DNA from: an uncultured delta proteobacterium
GTDB lineage: Bacteria; Desulfobacterota; Desulfomonilia; UBA1062
Assembly: GCA_963798485.1 (NCBI GenBank)
Contig: CAWCTR010000007.1
Span: 352,001 to 416,000 of the forward strand
Length of the DNA stretch: 64,000 nt
Reading direction: 5' to 3'
The position numbers were made by a program, and so were the translations under genes. This document shows positions 47,945 through 58,843 of this stretch, piece by piece. Under the pieces are notes generated by a model. The model saw only the letters and a program-made list of their open reading frames with translations. It was not told the DNA's origin and did not search any database. Numbering within the stretch: position 1 is the stretch's first letter; every line of letters begins with the position of its first letter.

Positions 47945-50233
47945 TTACTTGGGTTTTTGCGATTGGAGACGTGTGAGCTGTGCCTGGGCCTGTTGTTTTT
48001 CCGGGAATTGTTTGGTGCTGATCAGTGATTTTTTTAGGTATGAAACAGCCTCAGTGTTTCTCTTGAGATCCATAAGGGCCAGCGCCATGTGATAGAGTAC
48101 TGTCGGCTCATCTCCCAGTTTCTCGGAAGCTAGTTGGAACTGACCCAGGGCGTTATCGGGTAGACCCTCTTTCAGATAAACATAACCGAGGGTATCTGCA
48201 ACCCTTGGATCATCAGGGTACATATCCTTGGCTGTTTGTGCTAATTTGAGTGCCTCACCAAGATCGCTCTTCTTTCCTTTCTCAGCGAGAACCCAGGCCA
48301 GGTTGTTTGCTGCAAGGCCATTTTTCGGATTCTTATCGAGGATATACTTATATACCTTTTGAGCATCATCCAGATTCCCCGCGCTCTGATGGAGCAGGGC
48401 GAGCATGGTTGCTGCATTTATATCATTGGGGTTCTTGTTCAGGATAGCCTCATACTCCTCCAAGGCATTCTTCACCATGTTGTTCCGTGCATAGTATTGG
48501 GCCAAGACATGGTAGGAGGCGTCTTTTTTGGGATCGAGCCCTATCGCTGTTTTTATCTCTGAGAGTGCCTCATCTTTCTTCCCTGACCCTTCCAGGAGCG
48601 CTGATAGTATCATATGGCAACTTGCCGTACCTTTTGCGGCGCAGATGCCTTTTATCTTTGTAATTGCCTCCTGCCATCCGATTACTCCAGGGGCTGTATA
48701 GGCAAAGAACGATAAGGCTTCGTCATTGTGAGGGTAGAGGGTAATTGCGCGTTCAGCTATAAGGTAAGCATTCTTTTTATCATTTTGGTCCAGGTAGTAG
48801 CGGATTTGTGCATGGAGTGTGATCCAATCATTAGGTGAGAGGGTTTTCAGGGTTTGGATGTATGGTAAGGCAGCTTGGGGGCCTGAAGTTCTGAGTGCAG
48901 AGAGTGCGCCAATATAGAGGATGTCAGGGGTATTCACCGAATGTTTGACAAGGAGCTCGGTTTCAGTAACTGCGTCCTTGAATTCGCCCTGGAGGAAGTG
49001 GATCTTTGCCATTATCCTGTGGAGCTGTATATTCTGGACATGTTCCTTAAGAGAATTCTCAACGAGTTCCCTCGCCTTTTTCATATCACCTTTGATAATG
49101 TAGGCCTGTGCTGCCGTTGACGCAACATCCGGGTTTTGGGGAGCCATTTTCAGGGGTTCACTGAGCATCTCTATGGCCTTGGTGCCGTCTTTTTCTTCGA
49201 TGTATACCCGGGCAAGCATGATTTTTGATACTATATCACCGGGATACTTCTCCACTGTCTCGATAAGCAATTTCTTTGCCTGAGCACCATCTTTTTTCTC
49301 CAAGAGGATCTGGGCGATGAGGGTGCGGATCTGAGTTGAATCTTTCAACTCGCGTGCTTTTTGTGCTGTTTTCAATGCCCCATCCAGGTCATGCTTCTGG
49401 TGGAGTATGGAGGATTCCAGGAGATAAGGCTCGGGGTTTTGCGGATAGTCCTTTTTCAAAGCTGCAAGCCGGCCCTGATAAAGGGCATCCATGTTATGGC
49501 GAGCATAGAACATAGCCAAAGCAACCCCGGCAGAGACATTGCCGCCTGAAACACGATATGCCTCTTCGGCCCACCTTCTGGCAGTGGCAAGATCATTCTT
49601 GAGCGCATAAATATCGCTTGCAACAAAACGCAATTTTGTTGACTTTGGGAACAAGGTAGTTCCCTTGTTTACCAAGGCTTTTGCATCATCCACCCTTCCC
49701 ACAGGCATATACATTTGAATGGTAGTTATATACATGTCCTCTGTGGGATTCTGTGCGCCGATAAGCCCTTCCATGACCTTGATCCCTTGCTCCCGCTTCC
49801 CGTTCATGAAGAGGGATTGAGCCAACACCTCTTTTGCGAGAATATTCTTTGAGTCGGTTTGAAGGAGCGTAGAAGCTTGCTGTTCTGCCAGATCATATCT
49901 TTTCGCGAGTAGGAGCATGGAAGCGAGGTATTCTCTGGACTTTACATTCTTTGGATCGGCTTGGGAGGCCTTCGTGAAGGCTGCGTATGCTTCCTGCGGT
50001 CGGCTCAGTTTGAGCTGGGCCTCGCCAAGGCTGATAAGTGTTTTGACATCATCCGGGGTTATCTGCAAGGCGTTCTGATATTGGATCGCGGCCTCGGCAT
50101 ATTTCCCATGGCTTAAGTATTTCTGGGCGCTTGAGAGGTAGTCCTGCCGTTTTTCTTGCGGACTTTTGCTGCACCCGACAAGGACAACCATAGAAATAAA
50201 TATAAGTACTAAGAGCAGAGCGACCCTCTTCAT
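47945..50233 (-). CDS. TPR-repeat lipoprotein, PrsT-like (PEP-CTERM system)
   Basis: Lipobox LVGC, many TPRs, C-terminal AANNLAW, DTLGYVY and YHMALAL. Confidence 0.8.
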   Translation of the reverse strand: MKRVALLLVLIFISMVVLVGCSKSPQEKRQDYLSSAQKYLSHGKYAEAAIQYQNALQITPDDVKTLISLGEAQLKLSRPQEAYAAFTKASQADPKNVKSREYLASMLLLAKRYDLAEQQASTLLQTDSKNILAKEVLAQSLFMNGKREQGIKVMEGLIGAQNPTEDMYITTIQMYMPVGRVDDAKALVNKGTTLFPKSTKLRFVASDIYALKNDLATARRWAEEAYRVSGGNVSAGVALAMFYARHNMDALYQGRLAALKKDYPQNPEPYLLESSILHQKHDLDGALKTAQKARELKDSTQIRTLIAQILLEKKDGAQAKKLLIETVEKYPGDIVSKIMLARVYIEEKDGTKAIEMLSEPLKMAPQNPDVASTAAQAYIIKGDMKKARELVENSLKEHVQNIQLHRIMAKIHFLQGEFKDAVTETELLVKHSVNTPDILYIGALSALRTSGPQAALPYIQTLKTLSPNDWITLHAQIRYYLDQNDKKNAYLIAERAITLYPHNDEALSFFAYTAPGVIGWQEAITKIKGICAAKGTASCHMILSALLEGSGKKDEALSEIKTAIGLDPKKDASYHVLAQYYARNNMVKNALEEYEAILNKNPNDINAATMLALLHQSAGNLDDAQKVYKYILDKNPKNGLAANNLAWVLAEKGKKSDLGEALKLAQTAKDMYPDDPRVADTLGYVYLKEGLPDNALGQFQLASEKLGDEPTVLYHMALALMDLKRNTEAVSYLKKSLISTKQFPEKQQAQAQLTRLQSQKPK

Positions 50234-50454
50234 AATCCCCCCTTGTAGCAAATGGGCTCACGATAACACAGTTGGCAGCATAGGAAAAGGAACAAGAAGC
50301 TTCTATGGATGAAACCATTCGGATTATCTCCATATAGGCTATCTCAGATGTAGGCATAAGGGCAGGCCCAAAGTTGATTGATCATGGGGCTTATGTTGAC
50401 TTCCCTTTTCCAAGATACTATTAAAAGGACGGAATCTATTCAAGGAGTAAAAAT

Positions 50455-51147
50455 ATGTTTTTTGATCCCCTCTATCTCATTATGATTGTTCCAACATTTT
50501 TACTGAGCCTTTTTGCGCAGTTTAAAGTACGTTCATCCTATAAAAAGTATTCAAAGATACCTACATCTCGCGGAATAACAGGGGCAAAGGCTGCCCGTAT
50601 CATCCTTGATGCACAGGGTATACGGGATGTATCTATTGAGCTTGGCAAAGGGTTTCTCTCGGATCATTACGATCCCAGGAGCAAGGTTCTCAGGCTCTCT
50701 GAATCGGTTTATGCAGGAGATTCATTGGCAAGTGTCGGTGTTGCAGCGCATGAGGCAGGCCATGCCATTCAGCATGCACGAGGCTATGTCCCTCTCCAGC
50801 TGAGAAGCGCCCTTGTTCCAATTTCTTCCCTTGGTTCGAACCTCGCATGGCCACTGCTTTTCATAGGGTTCATCTTCATGGCCAAGTCACTCATTATGGC
50901 TGGGATCGTATTCTTTAGCTTGGCGGTTCTCTTTCAGCTGGTCACTCTTCCTGTGGAGTTCAATGCCTCTTCCAGGGCCTTGCAGGCGCTGCCTGCAACA
51001 GGAATCCTTTCTGATACGGAGCTGGCCGGCGCAAGGAAGGTTTTAACAGCAGCTGCACTCACCTATGTTGCAGCAGCAGCAACTGCTATTATTCAGCTTT
51101 TGTATTTTATTCTGCGGTCAGGCCTATTGGGGGGTAGTGATGAATGA
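50455..51147 (+). CDS. Membrane zinc metallopeptidase (YugP-like)
   Basis: DHYDP, AAHEAGHAIQ, LPVEFNASSRA and AALTYVA motifs. Confidence 0.92.
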   Translation: MFFDPLYLIMIVPTFLLSLFAQFKVRSSYKKYSKIPTSRGITGAKAARIILDAQGIRDVSIELGKGFLSDHYDPRSKVLRLSESVYAGDSLASVGVAAHEAGHAIQHARGYVPLQLRSALVPISSLGSNLAWPLLFIGFIFMAKSLIMAGIVFFSLAVLFQLVTLPVEFNASSRALQALPATGILSDTELAGARKVLTAAALTYVAAAATAIIQLLYFILRSGLLGGSDE

Positions 51148-51281
51148 AGCTTCTTATATGTAACGGGGATCTTTATTTCATGCCTTAATAGGTGATCTCC
51201 TGTGCTGGAATTATAAACAATTGAACAATGGGCTTTTTGAACTATTTAAATTTAGAATCTGTTTTTCCGATGTAGGGTAAG

Positions 51282-52634
51282 ATGAGAAGGTTTGTTTCAG
51301 CAGCTATTCTATTTATTCTTGATATTATTATTGCCGGTGGTTCTGTGTTCCTTGCGAAGTATATCCAGAGGTTTCTTCCCGAGGTAAGCCTTCCGGATGA
51401 ATTCTTGTTGATTAAGGCGGGTGTATACACCTTTATCACTCTTATTTGTTTCTATTTCCAAGAACTCTATGACTGGAAATACTGGAAAAAGCCCTCAGAG
51501 CTCATTTCTTCCATCCTTCTTGGTGAAGGCCTGACGCTGATCATTCTTGCATTCATATATTATATTCTCCCCATCAGTAGTCTTGAAAGGGATGTGCTTC
51601 TCATGGCCATTGCCATAACATCAGGATTTTCATTTATGCTCCGCCTGCTCTACCTTAAATTGCGATTCACCCATTATGCCGGCATGAAGGTAGTGGTTTT
51701 AGGTGATGGAGAGAATGCCAAGTTTCTGTTTCGAGAAATACGCTCCGGTGGCTATCCCGTAATTTTTGAAGGTTATATCGGCCGCAGCAACTGGGATTTG
51801 CCGTTGCGTTGCCTGGGTGAAGCCTCTTCGCTCGTAGATATTATACATAAAATTGATCCCGATGTCCTCGTAGTTGCCCCGGATGGCTGGCGGGGAACCC
51901 TGCCCATCGAGGATTTGCTCAGGGTAAAGTTCACCTTATGTGATGTCATTGACAGCCCCACCTTCTATGAGCAGGTTACCGGCAGAATTCTTGTTGAAGA
52001 AATTCGCCCAAGCTCCATAATATTCACAAGGGGTTTTCAGAGCGCACGAATTGAAGACCTCATAAAACGCCTGTTTGACCTGGTCTTCGCTCTGTTCGGG
52101 CTCATCATTACATCACCTATTATGCTGCTTACCGCTCTTGCCATCCGCATCGAATCTCCAGGTCCCATCTTATATCTCCAGCACAGGGTTGGTGTGGATG
52201 GTAAGGATTTCAAGGTAATCAAATTCAGGTCCATGCGTCAGGATGCAGAGAAGGACGGTCCCAAGTGGGCCAGTCAGAACGATCCTCGTATCACCCGTGT
52301 GGGCAGGATCATCAGGAAGCTGAGGTTGGACGAACTGCCCCAGTTTATCAATGTGATTAAAAACGATATGAGCTTTGTCGGCCCGAGGCCCGAGAGGCGC
52401 TATTTCGTGGACCAACTCGAAAAGGCCATACCCTTCTATGCCTTGCGGATGCATGCTAAACCGGGGATTACTGGATGGGCCCAGATCAATTACCAATATG
52501 GTGATACCTTTGAAGATGCCAAGGAGAAGCTTAAATTTGAGCTCTATTACATGAAGCATCGCTCCATGTGGCTCGATCTTGTAATCATCTTCCAGACCAT
52601 CAAGGTGGCGGTCAAAGGGAGAGGGTCGCAATAA
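51282..52634 (+). CDS. Polyprenyl glycosylphosphotransferase, probably PEP-CTERM/EPS associated
   Basis: N-terminal TMs, FYEQVTGRI, KFRSMRQDAE, DELPQ, GPRPER and KPGITGWAQ. Confidence 0.88.
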   Translation: MRRFVSAAILFILDIIIAGGSVFLAKYIQRFLPEVSLPDEFLLIKAGVYTFITLICFYFQELYDWKYWKKPSELISSILLGEGLTLIILAFIYYILPISSLERDVLLMAIAITSGFSFMLRLLYLKLRFTHYAGMKVVVLGDGENAKFLFREIRSGGYPVIFEGYIGRSNWDLPLRCLGEASSLVDIIHKIDPDVLVVAPDGWRGTLPIEDLLRVKFTLCDVIDSPTFYEQVTGRILVEEIRPSSIIFTRGFQSARIEDLIKRLFDLVFALFGLIITSPIMLLTALAIRIESPGPILYLQHRVGVDGKDFKVIKFRSMRQDAEKDGPKWASQNDPRITRVGRIIRKLRLDELPQFINVIKNDMSFVGPRPERRYFVDQLEKAIPFYALRMHAKPGITGWAQINYQYGDTFEDAKEKLKFELYYMKHRSMWLDLVIIFQTIKVAVKGRGSQ

Positions 52635-52656
52635 TTGAATAATTGTATTGAATAAT

Positions 52657-52710
52657 TGTAGGAGCGGCTTCAGCCGCGAAATACTCTTCGCGATTGAAAT
52701 CGCTCCTACA
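52657..52710. repeat. GTAG-family REP doublet
   Basis: TGTAGGAGCGGCTTCAGCCGCGA...TCGCGATTGAAATCGCTCCTACA between convergent genes. Confidence 0.85.
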
Positions 52711-53452
52711 GCACGCTCAGAATCACCGGCCCGTTCGCAGTAATAGCGATGCTGTGTTCGAAATGCGCAGACAAGGATCCGTCGGCGGTAACGGCAGTCC
52801 ACCCGTCATTACGTATGGCAACCTTCCATGTACCCTCATTGACCATGGGTTCAATGGCGAACGTCATGCCCTCTTGAAGCATAGGGCCGGCCCCCTTTTT
52901 GCCGAAATTGGGGATCTGAGGGTCTTCATGGAGGCTTCTGCCGATGCCGTGGCCAACAAATTCTCTCACGACAAAAAATCCTGCTGATTCAACAACCTTC
53001 TGGATCGCTTCTGAAATGTCGTAAAGGTGATTTCCCGCACGAGCCTTGCTGATGCCCTCATAAAGGGATTTCTCCGTTACCTCCATCAGATGACTGGCCT
53101 TCTTCGATATAATGCCCACGGCATAGGTCTTGGATGCATCCGAGTAGAAATTATTGTGTATCGCACCCACATCAATGCTTATGATATCACCGGGCAAAAG
53201 CTTGCGAGGCCCTGGTATCCCATGGATAACTTCTTCGTTTATTGAGGTGCACAGCGTTGCAGGGTAGCCGCTGTACCCTTTGAATGCAGGAATTGCACTG
53301 TGTGAGCGAATGAAGAGCTCAGCCTCTTTGTCGAGTTCGGCTGTGGTGATTCCCGGCTTGATCATGGGCCCTATGTGCTCGAACAGGAGGGCCAGGATCC
53401 TGTTCCCCTCCCGCATTATTGCAATTTCCTGGGGGGTCTTGAGGATGATCAT
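52706..53452 (-). CDS. map: Methionine aminopeptidase type I
   Basis: VIHGIP, IDVG, GHGIG, HEDP, AIEPM and SAHFEH motifs. Confidence 0.96.
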   Translation of the reverse strand: MIILKTPQEIAIMREGNRILALLFEHIGPMIKPGITTAELDKEAELFIRSHSAIPAFKGYSGYPATLCTSINEEVIHGIPGPRKLLPGDIISIDVGAIHNNFYSDASKTYAVGIISKKASHLMEVTEKSLYEGISKARAGNHLYDISEAIQKVVESAGFFVVREFVGHGIGRSLHEDPQIPNFGKKGAGPMLQEGMTFAIEPMVNEGTWKVAIRNDGWTAVTADGSLSAHFEHSIAITANGPVILSVL

Positions 53453-54327
53453 CCATCCAGAACCTTTTTCAGGGGATACTCGATAATGCCCCGCGCACCG
53501 GCCTTTAGGAGCTCCGGCATCAATGAGCGCGACTGCGATTCATTGATGATGATCTCGAGCGAATACCAGTTCGGGTCATGCAGCGGCGAGACCGTGGGTG
53601 AGGTGATGGCCGGCAGCATGTTGATAACAGCTTCAAGCTTATCCTTGGGTGCATTCATCTTCAGGCCCACCATGCCGGTGGCCTGCAGGGCCGCCTTGAG
53701 CATGAGGGAGATCTGCTCGATCTTGGTACGTTTTTGAGCATCCTTCCAGGTTTCTTTGTTGGCAATGAGCTTCGTATTGGTTACGAGCAGGACATCTATG
53801 ATCTTCAGGTTGTGCGCCTTAATGGTGGAGCCGGTCTCGGTCACCTCCACGATGGCATCCGCCAGGCCTTCCACCACCTTTGCCTCGGTGGCGCCCCAGG
53901 AGAATTCAACCTCCACGTTGATGTTTCTCTCCTTGAAGAACTTTTTGGTGAAGTTCACCAGCTCCGTGGCGATCTTCTTGCCTTCAAGGTCTTCAAGTTT
54001 CTTGATAGAGGATTTATCGTCCACGGCCAGGACCCACCTGGCAGGTTTGTAGGTGGCCTTTGAGTAGATGAGGTCAGCCACCTCAACCACATCGGATTCA
54101 TTCTCCAGGATCCAGTCTTTGCCCGTGAGTGCAAGATCGAACAGGCCTGATTCAACGTACCGCGAGACCTCCTGGGCCCTCACCAGGGCACATTCGATGT
54201 CCGCGTCATCAATAGAGGGAAAATAGCTGCGGGATGATGTGCCGATTATCCAGCCTGCATCCTTAAACAGCTCAACGGTGGAAGCCTGCAGGCTTCCCTT
54301 GGGTATTGCCAACCGGATCAAGCTCAT
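53449..54327 (-). CDS. hisG: ATP phosphoribosyltransferase (long form)
   Basis: [17 protein letters not shown] and ETGSTIKA motifs; PTVSPL C-terminal domain. Confidence 0.95.
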   Translation of the reverse strand: MSLIRLAIPKGSLQASTVELFKDAGWIIGTSSRSYFPSIDDADIECALVRAQEVSRYVESGLFDLALTGKDWILENESDVVEVADLIYSKATYKPARWVLAVDDKSSIKKLEDLEGKKIATELVNFTKKFFKERNINVEVEFSWGATEAKVVEGLADAIVEVTETGSTIKAHNLKIIDVLLVTNTKLIANKETWKDAQKRTKIEQISLMLKAALQATGMVGLKMNAPKDKLEAVINMLPAITSPTVSPLHDPNWYSLEIIINESQSRSLMPELLKAGARGIIEYPLKKVLDG

Positions 54328-54704
54328 TTCTTGTATACCTCTTTCGGGTCAAAGACCCTGATACCATCTTCGAGAAGCATTCCTTTCTCAACCTTTCTGA
54401 AGAAGCACGAGCGGTAGCCGGTGTGGCAGGCAGCACCTCCGACCTGATTCACCTTGAGCAGAATGGTATCCTGGTCACAGTCGATACGGATCTCCACAAC
54501 CTCCTGAACATTACCGGATTCCTCACCCTTTCTCCAGAGCTTGTTTCGGGAACGGCTGAAGTAGCATGCCCTATTGGTGCGGAGAGTTTCATCGAATGAT
54601 TCCTGATTCATATAGGCGAGCATTAAGATCTCGCCGGTGGCTGCATCCTGTGCGATTGCGGGGACAAGCCCTTCTGACTTTGCGAAATCGACCAGTTTCT
54701 CCAT
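54324..54704 (-). CDS. hisI: Phosphoribosyl-AMP cyclohydrolase
   Basis: [19 protein letters not shown] and [10 protein letters not shown] motifs. Confidence 0.95.
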   Translation of the reverse strand: MEKLVDFAKSEGLVPAIAQDAATGEILMLAYMNQESFDETLRTNRACYFSRSRNKLWRKGEESGNVQEVVEIRIDCDQDTILLKVNQVGGAACHTGYRSCFFRKVEKGMLLEDGIRVFDPKEVYKK

Positions 54705-54789
54705 CAAATGCCTCCTGAATGCTGAGCCTTAACAGGTTTTTACAAAGCGTGTCAAGGGGGCAAGGCCTGGTTCTGCGTGGCTTTGCCGG

Positions 54790-56142
54790 TTATGGCTTGT
54801 TGACGCTCAAGCCGAGACAATCTTCAGCCGCCTCCTTGAGCAGCTCTGCCATGGTGGGGTGGGGGTAATGGGGCTTGATGAAGTCCTCGATATGGAGTCC
54901 TTTCTCAATGGCCAGTGTTGCCCATGAGATGAGTTCTGTCGCATGAGGGGCCATTATGGTCACCCGCTCCATCTTCCCTTCAGGGCTGCAATACACGGTT
55001 GCGAATCCCTCTGAGGCCTCCATGGTCCGTGCCCTGCCTAGGGCGGATACCGGGAAGGTGCCCATTTTCACGAGCACAGGATTCACCTGTTTACCTACTG
55101 AGGCTATCTCGGGATTTGTAAAGACAATCGATGGTATGGCTGAATAGTCCATGGTCCGGGACCCGCCGGTAATGCTGTCCACAGCAATGAAAGCCTCTTT
55201 TGATGCGACATAGGCATACATCTGTGAGCCGGTCACATCCCCGATGGCATATATGCCCGGGATGTTTGTGCGCATGGAGCTGTCTACCCGGATGCCTCTT
55301 GATGGTGTGAGCATAAGGCCTTTTGCTTGCAGTCCTTCCGGGATAACCGGCTCTCTGCCTATGCAGAGCAAAAGACCTTCTCCTGTTACGGTTTCCATCC
55401 CGGCCGGTGTTTCTATGAATAATTTGAATGCGCAAGGCCTTTCTACGGCTGTTATTCTCGCTGATGGAATGAACCGCACATCCTTGTAGTGTGATACCAG
55501 CCCTCTGGAAACCTCTTCATCTTCGGTGGCAAGGACCCTCTCAAGGGCCTCGATAACCGTAACCTCAGAACCAAGGTTCGAAAATACATGGGCCATCTCC
55601 ATGCCGATCACGCCGGCGCCCACAATGAGGAGAGAGGATGGGAGCTGCCTGATATCAAAGATCTCATCGCTAGTCAGGACCCCTTCGAGATTGAACAGGT
55701 CGGGTCTTTTCGGGCGGGAGCCGGTGGCAATAATGATTGAGGTGGATATAATATGTTCATCTACGATCTGGATGGAATTCTCTGTTAAGAACTTGGCATA
55801 TCCCCGATAGATATCGACCCCGGCTTGGTTCAGCAGGTACTCAATGCCCTTTGCCAGCCTTGTTACGATCCTGGTCTTGCGCTTATAAAGGCCCTCGAGG
55901 GTCAGCGTTGCATCTCCTGCAATGATACCAAACCGCCGGGCATTTTTTATGTGATCATAGAGGTTGATGCTTTCAATGTAGGTCTTGGCAGGGATGCACC
56001 CCTTGTTCGTACAGGTGCCCCCGAAGTTCGAGCCTTCAGCGATACCAACCCGCAGGCCCTTTTTTGCACCGAGCAGTGCGGCAGTATACCCGCCCGGCCC
56101 TGTGCCTATGACAAAAAGATCATATCGTTTCTGCGTGTCCAT
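54790..56142 (-). CDS. lpdA: Dihydrolipoamide dehydrogenase family flavoprotein
   Basis: GTGPGGY, GGTCTNKGCIP, GAGVIGME, YAIGD and HPTMAE motifs. Confidence 0.85.
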   Translation of the reverse strand: MDTQKRYDLFVIGTGPGGYTAALLGAKKGLRVGIAEGSNFGGTCTNKGCIPAKTYIESINLYDHIKNARRFGIIAGDATLTLEGLYKRKTRIVTRLAKGIEYLLNQAGVDIYRGYAKFLTENSIQIVDEHIISTSIIIATGSRPKRPDLFNLEGVLTSDEIFDIRQLPSSLLIVGAGVIGMEMAHVFSNLGSEVTVIEALERVLATEDEEVSRGLVSHYKDVRFIPSARITAVERPCAFKLFIETPAGMETVTGEGLLLCIGREPVIPEGLQAKGLMLTPSRGIRVDSSMRTNIPGIYAIGDVTGSQMYAYVASKEAFIAVDSITGGSRTMDYSAIPSIVFTNPEIASVGKQVNPVLVKMGTFPVSALGRARTMEASEGFATVYCSPEGKMERVTIMAPHATELISWATLAIEKGLHIEDFIKPHYPHPTMAELLKEAAEDCLGLSVNKP

Positions 56143-56145
56143 TTT

Positions 56146-56472
56146 TCAGGTCTTTTTCCTCTTCTTCTTAGGGATCGGATAGAATATATCTATGTATGTA
56201 TGTTTGAACACCCTTAAGGCCTCACGGTGAATCATCAGCATCTCCCTGCGGGTATGGGCGAGTTTGTGAAGCTCATTAAATTTTCCCACGAGTATGTTGT
56301 ATTCCTCGATGCCTTGGGTCTTATCCATAAGGGCATCCAGCTCTTTAAGCTGCTCCAGGATCGACTCGAGCTGATGGCCGGAGTGGCCCAGGGCCTTGGC
56401 CATCTCCTCCATGAGTTCTTGCTGTGTCTTTTCAATACTATCTTTCACCACGCCACGTGCTATAGCACACAA
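56146..56472 (-). CDS. Hypothetical helical protein
   Basis: Co-oriented and abutting lpdA; MIHREAL...YPIP C-terminus; start uncertain. Confidence 0.65.
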   Translation of the reverse strand: MCAIARGVVKDSIEKTQQELMEEMAKALGHSGHQLESILEQLKELDALMDKTQGIEEYNILVGKFNELHKLAHTRREMLMIHREALRVFKHTYIDIFYPIPKKKRKKT

Positions 56473-56636
56473 GGCCCATGCCTATAAAGGGCCTGACACA
56501 TCCCCCTGGCCGGAAAGTAATATTTCGAACAGGTAGCCATATTCTCTGAAACAATTCTATGATAGGATACCTTCATCTTGGCGGATAAAGAATCACATCC
56601 TGACATCCGATAAAAAGGCGTATACGGAGGGTTATT

Positions 56637-57953
56637 GTGGATTTTGATATATTCTCAGAACAAGTCGACACCACGATACAGTCCTTGGGGAAGGCTACAA
56701 TCGAATCCCCGGTGAGGGGAAGTGCCATCTTTGTGGAAGAGAGCGAGCGGGTCATCATAGATACCTCTCTGGCCTTCTTCAACAGGTGCACGCAGGGCGG
56801 TCCCGCGCCAACATCATTTGAGCTCTCCGGGCCACGCCGGAAGATCTTCTTCGATCCTTCCAAGACAAAGTGCGGTATTGTAACGTGTGGAGGGCTCTGT
56901 CCTGGGATCAATGACGTTATCCGGGGCATTGTCCTAGAGTTGTACTATGTCTACAGTGTGGAGAATATCTACGGCATCACCTATGGTCTCCAGGGTTTTG
57001 TCCCCAAGTACAAGCATCCCCTCATCGAACTCACGCCTTCATATGTCGAGCACATCCATGGAATAGGCGGCACCGTGCTCGGGTCCTCGAGGGGGTCTGA
57101 AGATATCTCGGAGATCGTGGATGCCATCGAGCGGCTGAATATGAATATCGTGTTCTTCATCGGAGGAGACGGTACCTTGAAGGCGTCTTCTGCCGTGGCC
57201 AGGGAGGCCGTGGCCAGGGGGTTCAGGTGCTCTATCATTGCGGTCCCTAAGACGATCGATAACGATATCCTCTTTGTTTCCAAGACCTTTGGCTTCGATA
57301 CTGCCGTGGAGGAGGCAAGGAGGGTCATCCAGAGCGCTCATGCGGAGGCCAAGGGGGCGCCTTTCGGCATCGGGCTCGTTAAGGTGATGGGCCGGGACTC
57401 CGGATTCATAGCAGCGAATGCCGCCCTTGCTTCCCGGGACGTCAATTTCGTGCTCGTCCCTGAGGAGGACTTTGACCTTGAGGGTGAGAATGGCTTTCTG
57501 GCGACACTCGAAAAAAGGGTCAGGTCTCGGGGGCATGCCGTGGTTGTGGCGGCTGAAGGCGCCGGCCAGAAGTTCTTCAAGGATCTCCCCGAAGAAAAGG
57601 ATGCCTCCGGCAATGTAAAGAAGCACGATATAGGCCTTTTCCTTAAGGAACAAATCGAGCGTTATTTCCTGGCCCATGGTATGCCCACCAATCTCAAGTA
57701 CCTCGACCCGAGTTATGTGATCAGGAGTGTGGTTGCCAATGCATCCGATTCGATCTTTTGCGGGTTCCTCGCCCAGATGGCGGTTCATGCAGGTATGAGC
57801 GGTAAAACCGATATGTTGATTGGTTTGTGGAATAATGTATATGTACATATACCCAATGCAATATGTATGAGGGGGAGGAAGAAGATCGATACGAGCGGGC
57901 CTTTGTGGATGAGCGTCAGGGAATCAACCGGACAGCCCGAAATGAAGAATTGA
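56637..57953 (+). CDS. pfkA: ATP-dependent 6-phosphofructokinase
   Basis: TCGGLCPG, GGDGT, PKTIDND, MGRDSG and AEGAGQ motifs. Confidence 0.92.
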   Translation: MDFDIFSEQVDTTIQSLGKATIESPVRGSAIFVEESERVIIDTSLAFFNRCTQGGPAPTSFELSGPRRKIFFDPSKTKCGIVTCGGLCPGINDVIRGIVLELYYVYSVENIYGITYGLQGFVPKYKHPLIELTPSYVEHIHGIGGTVLGSSRGSEDISEIVDAIERLNMNIVFFIGGDGTLKASSAVAREAVARGFRCSIIAVPKTIDNDILFVSKTFGFDTAVEEARRVIQSAHAEAKGAPFGIGLVKVMGRDSGFIAANAALASRDVNFVLVPEEDFDLEGENGFLATLEKRVRSRGHAVVVAAEGAGQKFFKDLPEEKDASGNVKKHDIGLFLKEQIERYFLAHGMPTNLKYLDPSYVIRSVVANASDSIFCGFLAQMAVHAGMSGKTDMLIGLWNNVYVHIPNAICMRGRKKIDTSGPLWMSVRESTGQPEMKN

Positions 57954-58000
57954 AGCGTGGCTGCACAAAGGCCCAAAGTACGGATCGAAAAGGAGCGGCT

Positions 58001-58762
58001 ATGGATGACAAGATTTTATTAGAAGATGATATTATTGATCTTACCGACCTTCTGGAGGAAGGCAGCCCGCCAAAGAAGCCCCAGCAAGCCGACATACGAA
58101 AGAAGGTTGTGAATGAGCCCGATTCCTTTGACCTCGGCAAGGAGATCTCTATGGACTATGATGTCTCCATTGAAGAGATCGAAAATAACAGCACGGTGCG
58201 TGCCCATGATACCCCTTTGGATTTTGATAAGAAGCCCGGCAAGCAACCCAAAACTGATGATATTTTGGATGATCTCCTCAAGGAGCCCCTGGGCGGCATC
58301 GAGTCTGAGATCGATCTTGCAATGAAGGACAAGTTAGAGGAAGTGAGCCTTACGGCCAAAGAAGAGGAAGTGCTTCTCAGTGAAGGTTTGGTAGAAGAGA
58401 TACCCTCAATAAAGAAAGAAGAGGCTGCTGCCCTCAATGAAGAGTTTCCGGCCCCACCGATAGAGCCTGTGAGGCTTCAGGAGGTTCCCATCCCTATGTC
58501 CATGCCGTCACCAATGCAGGAACCACCCAGTGCCTATGAGGAAATGCCCAAGATCGGCATCCCGGCAGATATGCCCACCGAGGCCATTTTAGATGCCGTT
58601 ATCACTGAATTCAGGAAAGAAATGCCTGCCCTCCTGGAAGGCATCCTCAGGCCGGTTGTGAAGGAACTCTTCAAGGAGATTATCTCCTCAACCCGTGAAG
58701 TGATCCCCGGGATTGTAGAGAAGGTGATACATGAGGAGATTGAAAAGCTCAAGAAACTCTGA
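58001..58762 (+). CDS. Acidic Pro-rich protein with PopZ-like C-terminal helices
   Basis: DDIIDLTD motif, P/E/D-rich middle, LRPVVKE...IPGIVEKVIHEEIEKL; AAGGAG RBS. Confidence 0.6.
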   Translation: MDDKILLEDDIIDLTDLLEEGSPPKKPQQADIRKKVVNEPDSFDLGKEISMDYDVSIEEIENNSTVRAHDTPLDFDKKPGKQPKTDDILDDLLKEPLGGIESEIDLAMKDKLEEVSLTAKEEEVLLSEGLVEEIPSIKKEEAAALNEEFPAPPIEPVRLQEVPIPMSMPSPMQEPPSAYEEMPKIGIPADMPTEAILDAVITEFRKEMPALLEGILRPVVKELFKEIISSTREVIPGIVEKVIHEEIEKLKKL

Positions 58763-58843
58763 TCAGATAACCCCTGGGAGCCTTTTGCCTTTCCGTCCTG
58801 TTCATGTTATGAGATTTTGCACAACCTTCATCAGGAGTGCAAG

